DNA of 64,000 nucleotides from assembly GCA_010093815.1 (NCBI GenBank), contig ML996565.1, one strand, 5' to 3'. A program made the translations under genes and the position numbers. Under the pieces are notes generated by a model. The model had not been told where the DNA came from. It ran no database searches and worked only from the letters and a program-made list of their open reading frames with translations. Of this stretch, positions 39,594 to 51,997 are shown piece after piece. The DNA is from Pseudovirgaria hyperparasitica (lineage: Eukaryota). Numbering within the stretch: the first letter of the stretch is position 1; each line of letters begins with the position of its first letter.

Positions 39594-40787
39594 ATGCCGG
39601 CAGCATACAAAGCCGCTGAGAAAGCGGTGATTTATAAATTTGTCGAAATCACACAGGCCGACCAGAAAACTGCAGCAAAAGTAAGTCAAAGAAAGGTACT
39701 ATGCAAGGCCTAGATCCGTTTCCAGAACCTCTGGAAGTTGGCTAGCATGAGCCCTGAGGATACACTGAGTGTGACTGATCACTTTTATGTAGATACTAAA
39801 ATCTCATGGCTGGAATGTTGATAGTGCTCTGAACGCGTACGATCTTTCTTCCCTCATTAATACATTGAGATTTGCGTAGGACACATTGCGCCATATCTCG
39901 GGGCTCACGACCGTTCGTCACGTTTGCAAAGTTCGGACGCTGACATTTGAGCACAGCTATCTTTCAAGCTCGACAGCTCCCCAAAATAGCGTGTTGAGGT
40001 CAAACTTAAACACACAGTTTGATGCGCTACGAGGTACGTCAACATATGGAAAGATATGCCGCATTGCACAAGCACCGGTAGACAAGGGTTAATATAACAA
40101 TCAGATGAGCCGAGAGAATACCCCGACACAATCAAGATTGATGGCTCTATGGCGTATTTTCAACAACTAGCCGTCGACCTCGCCGGTATAGAGATGCTTG
40201 TTGTATCAGAACTTCTGAACTGCCCCACCATTGGAGAAATTACTCGCGAGGGCTTCATTGACGGATGGAGCAAAGTAGGGTAGGTCATGGGGGTATCCCG
40301 GTCGCGGAAGCACAAATCTAATTATGATAGCGCGGACACCGTTTCTAAACAAAAGACTCGCATCACGAAAATCATGAAGTCACTTCCATCAGATCATACC
40401 ACCTTTACTCTAGTTTATAAGCACACATTTCCGCTGGGCAGAGCTGACGGAAAGAAAGCTCTCCAGCTCGAAAACGCCACCGAGTTCTGGAGAATACTCT
40501 TTTCATCGCCAAGTTCCCCTGTACGATGGTCAACCCCTACAACGCCATGGCTTGACTGGTGGATCGCATATTTGGAAGCCGAACATAAAAAGGATGTCAA
40601 CAAAGATCTATGGGATCAGACACTCAAGTTTGCAGAGGAGTGCCTCAAAGATGAGAAGCTCGATTGGTGGGATAGTGAAAACTCGGCATGGCCGGGGGTA
40701 ATTGATGGCTTTGTGGAACGGGTTTACGAAAAGAGACCGAAAGACGCAACCGCAGATCAAGAAGGAGATGAGATGGATTATGACTGA
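39594..40787 (+). CDS. DCN1: Defective-in-cullin-neddylation protein Dcn1 (UBA-like + PONY)
   Basis: UBA-like ILKSHGWNVDSALN, GEITREGFIDGW, VYKHTF, KDLWDQ and AWPGVIDGFVE. Five exons. Confidence 0.85.
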
Positions 40788-41401
40788 GGATACAGTCATG
40801 AATTGGGTCGTGCTAATAGCATACGGTCAGGCAGAAACACGATTAGGCTGATAAACACTATTGAAACAGCCCGTGGAAGGGGATAGCAACGAACGCGCAA
40901 TGAAGGGTCTAATAGCTAGCTTGGCGCTGGAAGATACCTGGGGTGCACGATTCATATTAGTGCCGATCATGCGGCATGGTCAAGAAGCAAGAGGTATACA
41001 TACCATAATAGGGAACAAAGTTATCAGAGGAGATAAATAGCAGGGTATAGCGTATGAATACGATATCATAATCATATCGGGGACGGTACTATTGGCAGTT
41101 GCCCAGCAAGTCTTTCATTTCTGATGACTAACGCGCGTTATTTACCTAGCTCCGCAGATTTAATTCGTTCTTGCCCGCGAACCCGCTGCGGCGAAATTAT
41201 TAACCGACGGTGCGAGATCTAACTAATGAAGAGGTCAATGACACTCTACCTGAATCCCTACTGTCCGCCCTCGGCGTACTATCTTCCACGCACAACAATC
41301 CTCGACAACTCCCAAATTGCAATTGAGAGCATCTTGCCTCTCAATACTACCTTTAGGCAACGCGCATATCAAGATCAGCGCGTTGACTACTCCTCGCCAT
41401 C

Positions 41402-43466
41402 ATGGGTGAGTTCCCCACGCAAAAAAATACCCACGCAGCCGTTTTCGCGCACAGAGTTTCAAGCCTATGAAACCAACAGGCAACGGAGCAGAGGCTAATA
41501 ACCACTATATAGCGCCGAAAAAGAACACTCAGACTCTCAGTCTGGGAGAATTCCTCAATGATCAAGGTACGTTCTGGTCGCTAAAGCTTGACTGTCGGTA
41601 TCATTTTAACATCCTCTAGCACTCGGATCATGGGCTGATGAGATGGAAGATATGCCGATGCCATCATGTATGTCTTATAAATTGTCATAACTGTCGAATA
41701 CTAATGTTAGTTGTAGCTGGTAAGGACGATTTCTCACACACTGTGCCATGGCTGCGTAGCTACCTCGAATTCCCTTCCAAAACTAACACTTTTCAAAGAA
41801 TCCCGCACCGGGTACGGACGAAGCACTGGTGGCCCAACTGGGGGTTGGGGCGGAGATCGTAGTGGCTTGAGCGGTACGAAACATTTGACCGCCTCTGTCC
41901 AACAACCGCATAGCTGACACATAGAAGACCGCGGCACTCCCAGTTCTACGCCTCGCGATGCTCTTCCACTTCCCTCAAGGCCACCATATACTGCCTACGT
42001 TGGAAACTTGTCTTTCGAAGACACTCTGACAACAGATGTGATCGGAGATTTCTTCAAGGACGAATTCGAGAAGGCCAAAGCATCAAACAAGGACGGAATA
42101 GGTGACAAGATACTTACTGTCACCAATGTCCGTATTGTCACCGATAGGTTCGAGGGCAAATCAAAAGGCTTTGGATATGTTGAGTTTGGTTCTGTCGACG
42201 CGCTTAAGTTCGCAAGAGACCAAATCAATGGTGCTTCTTTCTATGGTCGGGAGCTTCGCATCAGCGTGGCTGATCCCCGTACGTCTCATCTAAATCCTCT
42301 TTTCTTGCCTCATAGCCTAATACCCTCGTATAGCCAAGGAGCGTAGCGATGCACGTGATATCGATTGGGTTCGTAAAGGCCCCCCTGCTGACCTCCCGAA
42401 CCAACGCCGTCCCTCCGACAGAGGTTACAACCGATTCAACGATGCTGAGCCAGAGGCCGGTAGCGAGCGTGGTCCAAGACGGGGGCCGCCTGCCTTTGAA
42501 GGAGATGGGAAATCGCGTGACCTCGATAAATGGGAACGCAAGGGTCCTCTGTCCCCTGCTCCTGGCGCACCAGGTGGTATGAGAGAAGGAGGTCGCACAA
42601 GAGGGAATGACCTTACTGTCAGAGAACGAAAACAGTCACCCGCCTGGGGTGAAGGACGCTCGGAGACGTCTCGTCCTCCACGCCGCGAATACCAAGAAAA
42701 GCCAGCATTTGAGCCTCGTGCAAGGGAACCCACCGCACCAGAACTCGACAATCAATGGCGCTCTAAGATGCGACCCGATGCTACTGCTCGTTCGCCCGCT
42801 GGTACACCTGACGTCAGTACGCCATCGTCGCCCACAGCGACCCCAGCCATCCCAGCAGTCCGACAAAGGCTACAATTACAAAAGCGTACCGTTTCCGAAT
42901 CCGACCCATCGCCCTCCTCTGCGGCGTCTGATGCAAAGGCTAGTCCTTTCGGTGCTGCACGGCCCATTGACACAGCAGCGCGCGAACGAGAGATCGAAGA
43001 GAAGAAGCAGATTGCTCTCAAGGAGAAAAAGGAAGCTGACGAAAAAGCCCGAGAGGAGAAGCGTGCAAAGGATGCTGTTGCAAAGAGTGAAAAGAAGGAA
43101 GCAGCCTCGATTGTCGAGGGCAAAGAGGAATCAAAGGAAGATGACACAGGTGCCGGAAAGAACTACGAAATCTTACGCCGCATGAATGACGAGAATGCCG
43201 AAACAGATAATGACGCTGAAGATGCCAATGGAGAAATTGTCGAAGACAAAGCAGTAAAGCCCAAAGAAATTGTTCGCGATCCCCCTCGGAAGCCTTCCGG
43301 ACAGAACTCGTGGAGAAAGCCTGCCACGAAGTCCCCTGTATCCGTAGCGCAAGGAACTACCGCCGAAACCCTCGATGCCGACGGCTGGAGCACTGTACCT
43401 GAGCCTCGTTCCCGCGGTAAAAGGAGAGGGGGTGGCAATCAGGGCGCTCGTGCCATCGCATCGTAG
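41402..43466 (+). CDS. TIF3: Translation initiation factor eIF4B
   Basis: Spliced N-terminus MAPKKNTQTLSLGEFL..SWADEME, RRM PPYTAYVGNLSF..KGFGYVEF, and ASPFGAARPIDTAAREREIEEK. Seven coding exons, including a 4-nt first coding segment and a 3-nt microexon. Confidence 0.9.
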
Positions 43467-45246
43467 AGAAATGAAGGGGGTACCACGTTAACGACATAGG
43501 TGGTTCATGCTCTGGTGTATACATCCAACGCTCCTATCTGCTTTCCCATACACTTCAAGCGAAAAATCTCTGGAAGTCAAAATTCCAGTTTATATAACCC
43601 ATTCCGACTGTTGTGACCGAAAGACTTCTCATGTCACCCGATCACATTGGTCGCATTTACACGATCGAGCAGCATGTATACCGTGTTTGTCAACGAGGTC
43701 AAGGATTTACTGTGTTTTCTTGACGTTTCTCGACGGTGTTTGTGCTTTTCATTCCCACCCGAAGCCCCCTTCTTCCTATTGCCTTTGCATTACCGCGCTG
43801 TTCGCAAGATGCGAAAAGGTCTCGGCGGTATCTGTGCGTGAAAATTGCGCTCAGGCTTGTGCGTGCTATTCCTGCTACCGTATCTATACATATCCCTACT
43901 CATGTGTTAAAAGCTCTGGTTCCTATTTCACTGCTCGATGACTACTGCGGCGTTCGGAGTATTATATCTAGTATAGGTTTCGTAGTTTCGACTAAACGAG
44001 CGCTCCCATACTGACAAGCTCAATGGGCAGCCTTCTGGGATACTTGGGATATTCGAAACGAAGCAACTATATACAACCAATTTGTCGTTCATACAACTAC
44101 ACATGACGCATTTTCATGTTGTGATACAACTTCTGGGTCTAAGGGTTCACATAGGTTACGTCCGGCGCTTTACTCGGACCAAATATATGGAGCGTCGCCG
44201 CCCCTATCGATTCAAAAGAAGATTCCGATCGTCTGGACATCCAATTCTTCTAGGGTCCACAGGCTAGTTGACCCGCGAACGCTAGTGGAGATCACTTTCG
44301 GAGTCGTTGGGGATGCCGATGTCCTAGCTGAAACTCCGTCCACTTGTTGAAAAGCGGGATAGCGCCTGCAGACCTGCTTCGATTCTGTGCAACAATGTGG
44401 TCATCCTCACCAACATTCTGCATGGGTCAGACTACTACGCATCATAGGATACATCGGCAAAAGCCAAGTCTAAACGTCACTGCTGCCGGTAAGATTTTCT
44501 TCATGGTGGCAGATCTTATCGGCTTTCGGTATGGGTCTCAATCTCAATCGACTATGAACGAAAAGGAGTTTATCGAAATAGTCAAGCTTCAGGAGATGAC
44601 ACTCACACAGGCACAAACCAGTCTGCTAGGAGATAAAATTTCGCAGCCCTTGTCCAGCCACTGATCAAGACCCAGCAGAAGTATAGTTGACCTCGGAGGA
44701 TTATCTCGTTTGTCTCATCTTGGCTGGAACCAATGACTCCTGGCCTTTGTATGTTCATGGTCGATGAACTTCTCAGATTCATGGATGGCTAACAGGGCAC
44801 CGGTGAACGCCTCCATCTCGCTGACCAATTCTTGTTTAGATGTTATGGTGAACAGTAAAAAGCCATATTTATCATGCGACGTGGCCACAAAATTCTTCAT
44901 GTCCGCTGGCCACGATCGGGAATATCTTGAGCTGTACGCAAAGACACCAGCCTCGTCAAACAATTCCTACTTCCGGCATTCTCTCCTTTGCCTCACATCT
45001 CAATCTTGATCCCTTGCTATGCCCCATACCAACTTCTGACCCATTCTGCACTCATCGACATTCTTCACCCCCCATGTGAGTATCAGTGCTTCAGCAAGCT
45101 GCACGTACTTCTATTGTAGCCTCGCTCAAACTCACCAACAAAGATATCTCCGCGGTTCGTCTTGAATCTTCCTCTCTTGCTTTGTACCTCTCCGGCTTCT
45201 CTGCATCATCATCATTATCATCATCATCTCCAGCTCTTTCTTCAGC

Positions 45247-47115
45247 ATGGCGAGCAGATACTCATCGAGCACCACGTTACCATCGCGCCCTTATGAAACA
45301 TATCAATCGACAGAATCACTTAGAAGATCCCAACGCCGGTCCACCCTCAACAATAGCGATTCCAATCCATACCTATTCCAGGAATTTGACGATGATAGAG
45401 ACGACTCAAACTCAATTCACGGATCGAGATCTTTGCATGAGTCGTATAGATCGAGGCAGTCAAGCTCGACGGTTGTGGGACGCCTACCGCCTGATACACC
45501 GATATTCGAGGTTTCTGCCATCAACAGGCCAGGCCGGATATCAAGTTATACTCTACACTCGGTGCATAATGCTCAAGATGATATGAACGCAGATGGATTG
45601 TCACCTGGTGGCGAGTATATCGAAATCATGAAAGAGCCATCACTGCTTCGAGACTGTCCTAACGAAATCGTTGTTGAGCCCCAGGAGGTCAAGATGTCTT
45701 TACCTCATGAAGTCCTCTTCATTGGCGTAGTTGCAGTATCACACTTGATGACACAAGCAGCTCTTGGACAAGCCCTCGCTCCCATCGACATTATTGCCGG
45801 AGACTTTGGTACGAGCAATCCTGGAGAAATGTCTTGGTTCATTGCTGGATACAGTCTCACTGTCGGCACCTTCATTCTGATATCTGGTCGGTTAGGGGAC
45901 ATACTTGGTCACAAGCGCGTGTTTGCCTTTGGCTATGCTTGGTTCGGTGTTTGGAGCGGCTTCGCTGGTTTCAGTATCTATCCTGGTCGGCAGATCTTCT
46001 TCGATATATGCAGAGCTATGCAAGGCATCGGGCCCGCACTGCTAATGCCAAATGCCTTGGCGCTATTTGGACGTGCGTACCCCGCTGGTATCAAGAAGAA
46101 CATCGTCTTTAGCATATTTGGTGCGCTGGCCCCAGCGGGATTCGTCATTGGCGCAGCGTCGGGCAGTTTCTTCAGTCAGCTCGTCTGGTGGCCGTGGGCG
46201 TTCTGGTCGTTTGGTGTCACCTGCCTGGCACTCTCTCTCATGACGCTGCTTGTTATCCCACGGGAGTTGGCAGCTCTGCCTCCGAATCCACCAGGCTTCG
46301 ATGTAACTGGCTCAATATTCGGTGTTTTCGGACTTGTTCTCGTTAACGTTGCTTTCAACAACGCGCCTATGTACGGCTGGGCGAAAGAGCACGTATTCTT
46401 CCTCCTCATCATCGGCCTTATTTGCCTGGGAGCCTTTCTGATCTTCGAACTGCGAGCTGAGTGGCCTCTCTTACCCATCCGTGTGATCAACAGCACGTCT
46501 GCCTTCGCGCTCGGCCTTGTTGGTCTTGGATGGGCCGCATTTGGTGTTTGGGTGTTCTACACCTGTCGTTTTCTCGAAATCGCGCGCGCTGAGACACCGC
46601 TCACTGTTGCTGCTCAATTCTCTCCGGCTGTCATCTGTGGACTCCTAGCTGCAGGCTTGACAGGGTTCTTGTTGACGCACGCGCCAGTCAGTTTCGTTAT
46701 GATGATGAGCATGCTTGCGTTTTTCATCGGCATCACGATCATGGCTGTGATGCCCATGCATCAGGTCTACTGGGCGCAAACGTTTCTTTCAATCATTATA
46801 ATGCCCTTTGGTATGGACATGTCGTTTCCAGCGGCGACAATCATCCTGTCGAATGCGATGCCTAGAGAACATCAGGGCTTAGCGGCTTCACTAGTCAATA
46901 CTGTTGTCAATTACTCAATTTCTATCGCACTCGGTATTGCTGGTACTGTTGAGGTCAGTGTCTCCTCACATGACGGTACGATGGAGGACTTTGTATGGGG
47001 ATGGAGATGTGCGATGTACACGGCGATGGGACTTGCTGGCGCAGGAACTATCCTTGGTACGGTGTTCTTCACAAGAAGTTTGGTGAGAGAAGGGTGGAAG
47101 GTCATGGACCATTGA
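45247..47115 (+). CDS. MFS drug:H+ antiporter (DHA2, 14-TMS; Atr1-like)
   Basis: Single 622-aa ORF with SWFIAGYSLTVGTFIL, MFS motif A GRLGDILGHKR, RAMQGIGPALLMPNA and GMDMSFPA..HQGLAASLV. Confidence 0.88.
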   Translation: MASRYSSSTTLPSRPYETYQSTESLRRSQRRSTLNNSDSNPYLFQEFDDDRDDSNSIHGSRSLHESYRSRQSSSTVVGRLPPDTPIFEVSAINRPGRISSYTLHSVHNAQDDMNADGLSPGGEYIEIMKEPSLLRDCPNEIVVEPQEVKMSLPHEVLFIGVVAVSHLMTQAALGQALAPIDIIAGDFGTSNPGEMSWFIAGYSLTVGTFILISGRLGDILGHKRVFAFGYAWFGVWSGFAGFSIYPGRQIFFDICRAMQGIGPALLMPNALALFGRAYPAGIKKNIVFSIFGALAPAGFVIGAASGSFFSQLVWWPWAFWSFGVTCLALSLMTLLVIPRELAALPPNPPGFDVTGSIFGVFGLVLVNVAFNNAPMYGWAKEHVFFLLIIGLICLGAFLIFELRAEWPLLPIRVINSTSAFALGLVGLGWAAFGVWVFYTCRFLEIARAETPLTVAAQFSPAVICGLLAAGLTGFLLTHAPVSFVMMMSMLAFFIGITIMAVMPMHQVYWAQTFLSIIIMPFGMDMSFPAATIILSNAMPREHQGLAASLVNTVVNYSISIALGIAGTVEVSVSSHDGTMEDFVWGWRCAMYTAMGLAGAGTILGTVFFTRSLVREGWKVMDH

Positions 47116-47869
47116 TCTGAAAGTTTGCAGGCACATTTGCTCGTTTCTCGCCTAGCCTCTCTCTTGTTTCGCAGTGGGAAGCCTTTTTCACATGCAATGA
47201 TATCACCCACCGTGTCATGATTTCATTTCTTATCTTCCTCGTCACGCAGATTGGAGCTAAAGGTTTCTTACTTCTGCGTGCATGGTGTATATAGCTTAGT
47301 CTCCTTCTTCTTTATCTTTCTTTCTTTCTTTCTTCTTATTCTTGCCTCGACTCGAGATCTCCTTAATCTATTGATGCTACTCATCAGAATCTGGCATGAC
47401 CGTGCGCAAGTACATGTCGACGCAATATCAGCGCCGCGTATCTTGGTAAATTCAATTCAAATCCTAGACACCAGCATTCAAATAAATGTATCACCCACTA
47501 TATGCTTTTATATCTCTTGAGCTTGAGTGGCATTTGTATGGAGTCTCACAGCATCATGATTCGTCCCAGCATCCCAAATAATACCGTCAAATGCTCCAGT
47601 CACTCTGATGCCAATATGACGGAACATGCAACAGTGGCGTTGAACCTGAAGATCATTATTTGTTTTGCCCTCCATTGATGAACCATTCCTTGGCTATTAG
47701 CGCGGGGCTGAGCTTAGCTCTTAGGTTACCCCGCCACACTCAAAAGCCTTCCTTGCCCAGAGCTCTTATTACCAACTCTTCTCCACGAAATACTACCCAT
47801 CACCTTCACCTTTCGATCAACCTGGCTTCGCACCTCATCCGTCGCACATTTACGTTCACTGCTATCAGA

Positions 47870-48325
47870 ATGGGCGTCAAAAAGACCGTCATCAAGGAGG
47901 GCTCCGGCGCTTCGCCGAACAAGGGCGACACCGTCACCATGCTATACACCGGCTGGCTACGCACACCAGGCCAGCCTGAGGAGAAGGGCAAGGAGTTTGA
48001 TAGCACACAGAAGCCGGGTCGTGGACCGTTCCAGACACCGATTGGTGTTAGCCGGGTCATCAAGGGTGAGTGGAGTCAATCGCGGTCAGGGACGATAGCT
48101 GACAGGTGGCGCAATAGGTTGGGACGAGGGCGTTCCGACTATGAAGGTTGGCGAGAAAGCGAGACTTGATATCTCGTCTGATTATGCGTATGGTTCGCAG
48201 GAATTCCCTGGCCTCATTCCTCCTCACTCTGATCTCATCTTGTTAGTACCTACTGCGGATCTGATGATAAGAGAAAGAACATCTAACACGTTAGCAGTGA
48301 GGTCGAGCTCGTCAAGATCAACTAA
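47870..48325 (+). CDS. FPR1: FKBP12-type peptidyl-prolyl isomerase
   Basis: MGVKKTVIKEGSG..KGDTVTMLYTG, FDST, VIKGWDEGV, DYAYG..PGLIPPHSDLIFEVEL after removing two introns. Confidence 0.92.
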
Positions 48326-48929
48326 GCACAACCCAATCATCGTTAGATAGTCCTGTAAAGGCTGAAGATAACTGGGCACCGCGAAATACCGTAATGCAAG
48401 GAGAATCGTAGAATAAAAAGAAATTAATCCCATAGCCCGCTGTGATTTTATTGGCCCAAACAAGTTCTAACTGTATGCATGCGTTCCCATCCTCTGCAAC
48501 CATGGGTTCTTTCCTTAATGCATGAAGGTGCAATCGTCTCAAACTCAGATTCAGCAGCTCCTGGTCGCATAACCTCGGTATAATAAATCGTAGTATGTCC
48601 ATTTTCTTGCCCTGACTAAAGCGCGGAATCAATGGCGGTCGATCTCCTCAATCAAAACGTCAAGTTTTCAACCTACCGTTGAGCATAAAATTCACTAACT
48701 GCCAGAATTATAGTAACAAGACTGAAGATACCAGTCCCAGCGGATAACCGAGCGGCTCAGTGTCACATCTAGTGTATTATAATATTCAAACACCAAACAT
48801 TGGGAAAATCAAGTCTCCAACCGCATCCCTTCTTGTCCATCTTATATTCAACAACTATAACACAACATAATAACAAAGAACTGTCTAGGCTCGGACCAGC
48901 CCTGCCACATATCAAATTGATGCTACTAG

Positions 48930-49350
48930 CCTTTAAATCAGCTTGGTGTTGTACTCAAAGCCACGAGGGTATATATCTGTTGTAGCTGATGATGTCGTTT
49001 GGCACGTCTCTTGCGCGGCGATTCTCGTGGTATTTGACGTGCTTCTGAAAAGACCCCTGTGAACGTCAGTCATCTTTCTATCCTCTGCCAGAGGTAAAGC
49101 ATGACGTCCATCGTTGTCGTTATCAACCAATTTTCACCAATCTGCAAAAGTAGACTTATCATTTTCCCGGACTCCTGTCATTCTTAAGGGGCGCCTGAGA
49201 GAGCTCTCTGCAGCTAGTAGCACACCCAATCAACATCTTGATAGATCCCTCATGGTTGTACCTTTTGTCTGAACTGCTATAAGGTGGAGTGTTCCCATCT
49301 CGAGAATATTGACATCAGCACCATCTTCAAGTCAGATCTCCATGGTTATA
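48930..49350 (-). pseudogene. Degenerate ankyrin-repeat gene relic
   Basis: Frameshifted fragments LEDGADVN, DGNTP, NHEGSIKMLI and DNDGRHALPLA resemble ankyrin consensus pieces. No intact ORF. Confidence 0.4.
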
Positions 49351-50206
49351 TGCCTATGTCATAAGAGATATGCGAGTTATTTTGTACTGGTCAGTGTGGT
49401 GGTCAAATGCCGGCTTGCTTCATTTTATTCCATTGAGGTCTATCTTCGACTAGACTGGGATAAGTGCATCCGTGCTACCCTTGACTGTCGCTAGATGAGC
49501 AAAAGTCCCTTCTACATGACATGGGAGAGATTGAAAAGACCAGATACACCAAGAAATGCCGTTCCAACTTGCCCTATTATCAAGACGGTATAGCAAGTCG
49601 TGAATAGACTAGTGGGAATCTGTGGACTATAAGCCAGGGTGAATCCGGCTATAACCTCTTGCCGATTCGCCACGCCTGATAAATCTTGCTGTTGAGTCTC
49701 AAATGGACTGGCCAATAAGGACAGCCACTTGTCCATTTCTTGATGGGTCTTATCTATACTCGTCCAGCAGGAGTTATCTAACAACTGTTTGAGCGGGTGA
49801 ATATCGAGTGACAGGACATCAGTGCCAGGTTTCCTTAAATTGATTACATATGCTTCAAATGACACAACATGGGGATTCGATCCTTAATAGTGTCTCAACC
49901 TCTTTGGCAGCTCCAACAGGTCGAGATTACTATCCTACATGATCTCTACCTTTTCTAAAGTGACTATAAGACTATTAGTATTTAGTTTCGATCATTAGCG
50001 TGTAAAAAAGGGTATAGACTTATATATAGCTATACTTTAGGGTAGTAATAGTTAGATATACTCTTTCTTATACAGTTATACTTATAGGGTAATGATGTGT
50101 TTTCTAGTAATAAGTAAAATAAGCTAAGATATAGTATGCAGAGTGCTTCTTTACTATTATACTGCCTGGTATCTTTATATAGAGGTTTATTCTATTTATA
50201 TCGGCG

Positions 50207-51414
50207 TCATAGTGACCTTCCTTCTTCATATGCGGGTGGTGGTGGTGGCCAAGGGGCCCCCTGGTAATAATGATCCAGGCTTGTAATCAAATGCCCATCT
50301 CCCTTACGATATTTTGTAAGAAATGGATTGTAAGGACGAAGCCTTATCCCCCAATCCCCTAACATGACAAGCATGGCAAGGTACGCTATATAACAAGTTA
50401 ATGCTTAATCAAAATTACAGATATATAAGCATATAATACTTACCATAACTTTGTACATTCCATAGCGCAAATTCAGTTTTTAATTTCGTACACACGTGCC
50501 ATGAATAGACTGGTGCAAAGTCCTCCGGTGGCCCTTTCATAAATATTAGTGATATCTCTACTTTGGACATATCTATCGGACGTACCTTTGATTGACACTA
50601 TTGTATGCATCCACTGATAGAATATTACAAGACTTAAAACACTATCCGGATCCGGACTCTTCCAATGCGAAAGTGGGAAGTCGATAGGGTAATTCTCCGT
50701 AAGATCGTACATCGTCTTGGGCTCCATGTCTTGACAAAGATCGCAGATGGTCATGGCGCTAAACATTTTAGCATCATCAATATAAGTGGCGGCGAGCGGA
50801 CGTCTCCACAGCAGGTTGCTAGATCTACAAACCGGTGGTTCATTTTCGGTGAAGTGGGAATTAAGAATACCATCTTCTGTCATGAAGGTGAACTGTTCTG
50901 TCGTATCTTTCCATGATTTTTTTGGTATCGGTCGCCGCCAGGTTCTCGGTTCATCAGGGAGCTTTTTCCAGCGTCTATCGTTGTCACAGAAGATGCGCGT
51001 TGCTAATTGTCCTCGCATCGGGGTCTCTTTAAGACGTGTCATCTCTCCTAGACGGCGCATTGTGTCTAACACATCCGTGAAGTTGCTATGGTCCGGGCCA
51101 TCAATCTTGAAAAGTTGTTGCAGAATAATTGGCATATCTATATCTTTCTTACCCCTTGCACTCCCATGATCTTTATAATCCTTCAAGCCTTGCATACGAG
51201 ACCAGATTCGCTGTGCCATTATTATTACCTCCTCGACAGCCGCTTCGATACCTGTCCACTCGGCGGTGAGACATGAGGGATCGATATAATATTGTGGCGT
51301 CGTGCCTGTCCTAAAATATTGTCTCGTCGTGCCTGTTGGAGAATATCTTCCCGCCGTGGCTGTCGGAAGGCGAAAGAGATAAATAAAGAGTGTGAATAGT
51401 ACTAGAGAGACCAT
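50207..51414 (-). CDS. Secreted M35/deuterolysin-like protein with degenerate zinc-binding residues
   Basis: Signal-peptide-like MVSLVLFTLFIYLFRLPTATA, then YYIDPSC, IFCDND and MTICD. Introns 50534-50585 and 50386-50443 give ..VIFYQWMH..VYSWHVC..ALWNVQSYAYLA.., stop at 50207. Confidence 0.62.
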
Positions 51415-51997
51415 GGTATAGTAGAACGAAAGTCGCGAAGAATTGAAATTCCGAGAGATTTTTGATCTGTCTATGTCATAATAATAAGTTAAACCATCTA
51501 GATCCATTAAGAAGCACGAGCGCGGGATTTTCTATCTCTTTAAACCAGTAAAATATAGAAGTAGACATTCTTGGCCCTAGCTTGTTCCAACGTCATTAGT
51601 TCTAAGCGTGATTGGTCTAAAAATAGGCCTCGAAATCTTTTAGGGATGTATCTTCTAATAATATAATTATCTGTAACACGTCTTCTGTCACGTCTTCGGT
51701 AATTACCACTGGCATGATCTTAGTAAACTGAGACCACTTTACCAAGATACATCCGGATAACACTAGCTCGGCTTTGGGCCCTGCTGCAAGGTTTTGGCAG
51801 ATGTACGAAAATATAATAAGCTAGTTCTATTAATGTCCGCGAATCACTTACACCATATCTATTACTCAGGCTTGATATAGACCTTAAATTATTGAAGGAA
51901 CGTATGTATAACGCAGGTAATGCGCTTTACTTCGCATTCCTATATCCCCGTGCTTTCTCTCTAATTCCTCCAAAGCTCCACGCGTTCCATGTATCCA

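Noticed and set aside
51415..51507. Upstream ATG extending the secreted-protein ORF
   Set aside because: It would bury the signal-peptide-like segment. The ATG at 51414 has better context (accATGG).
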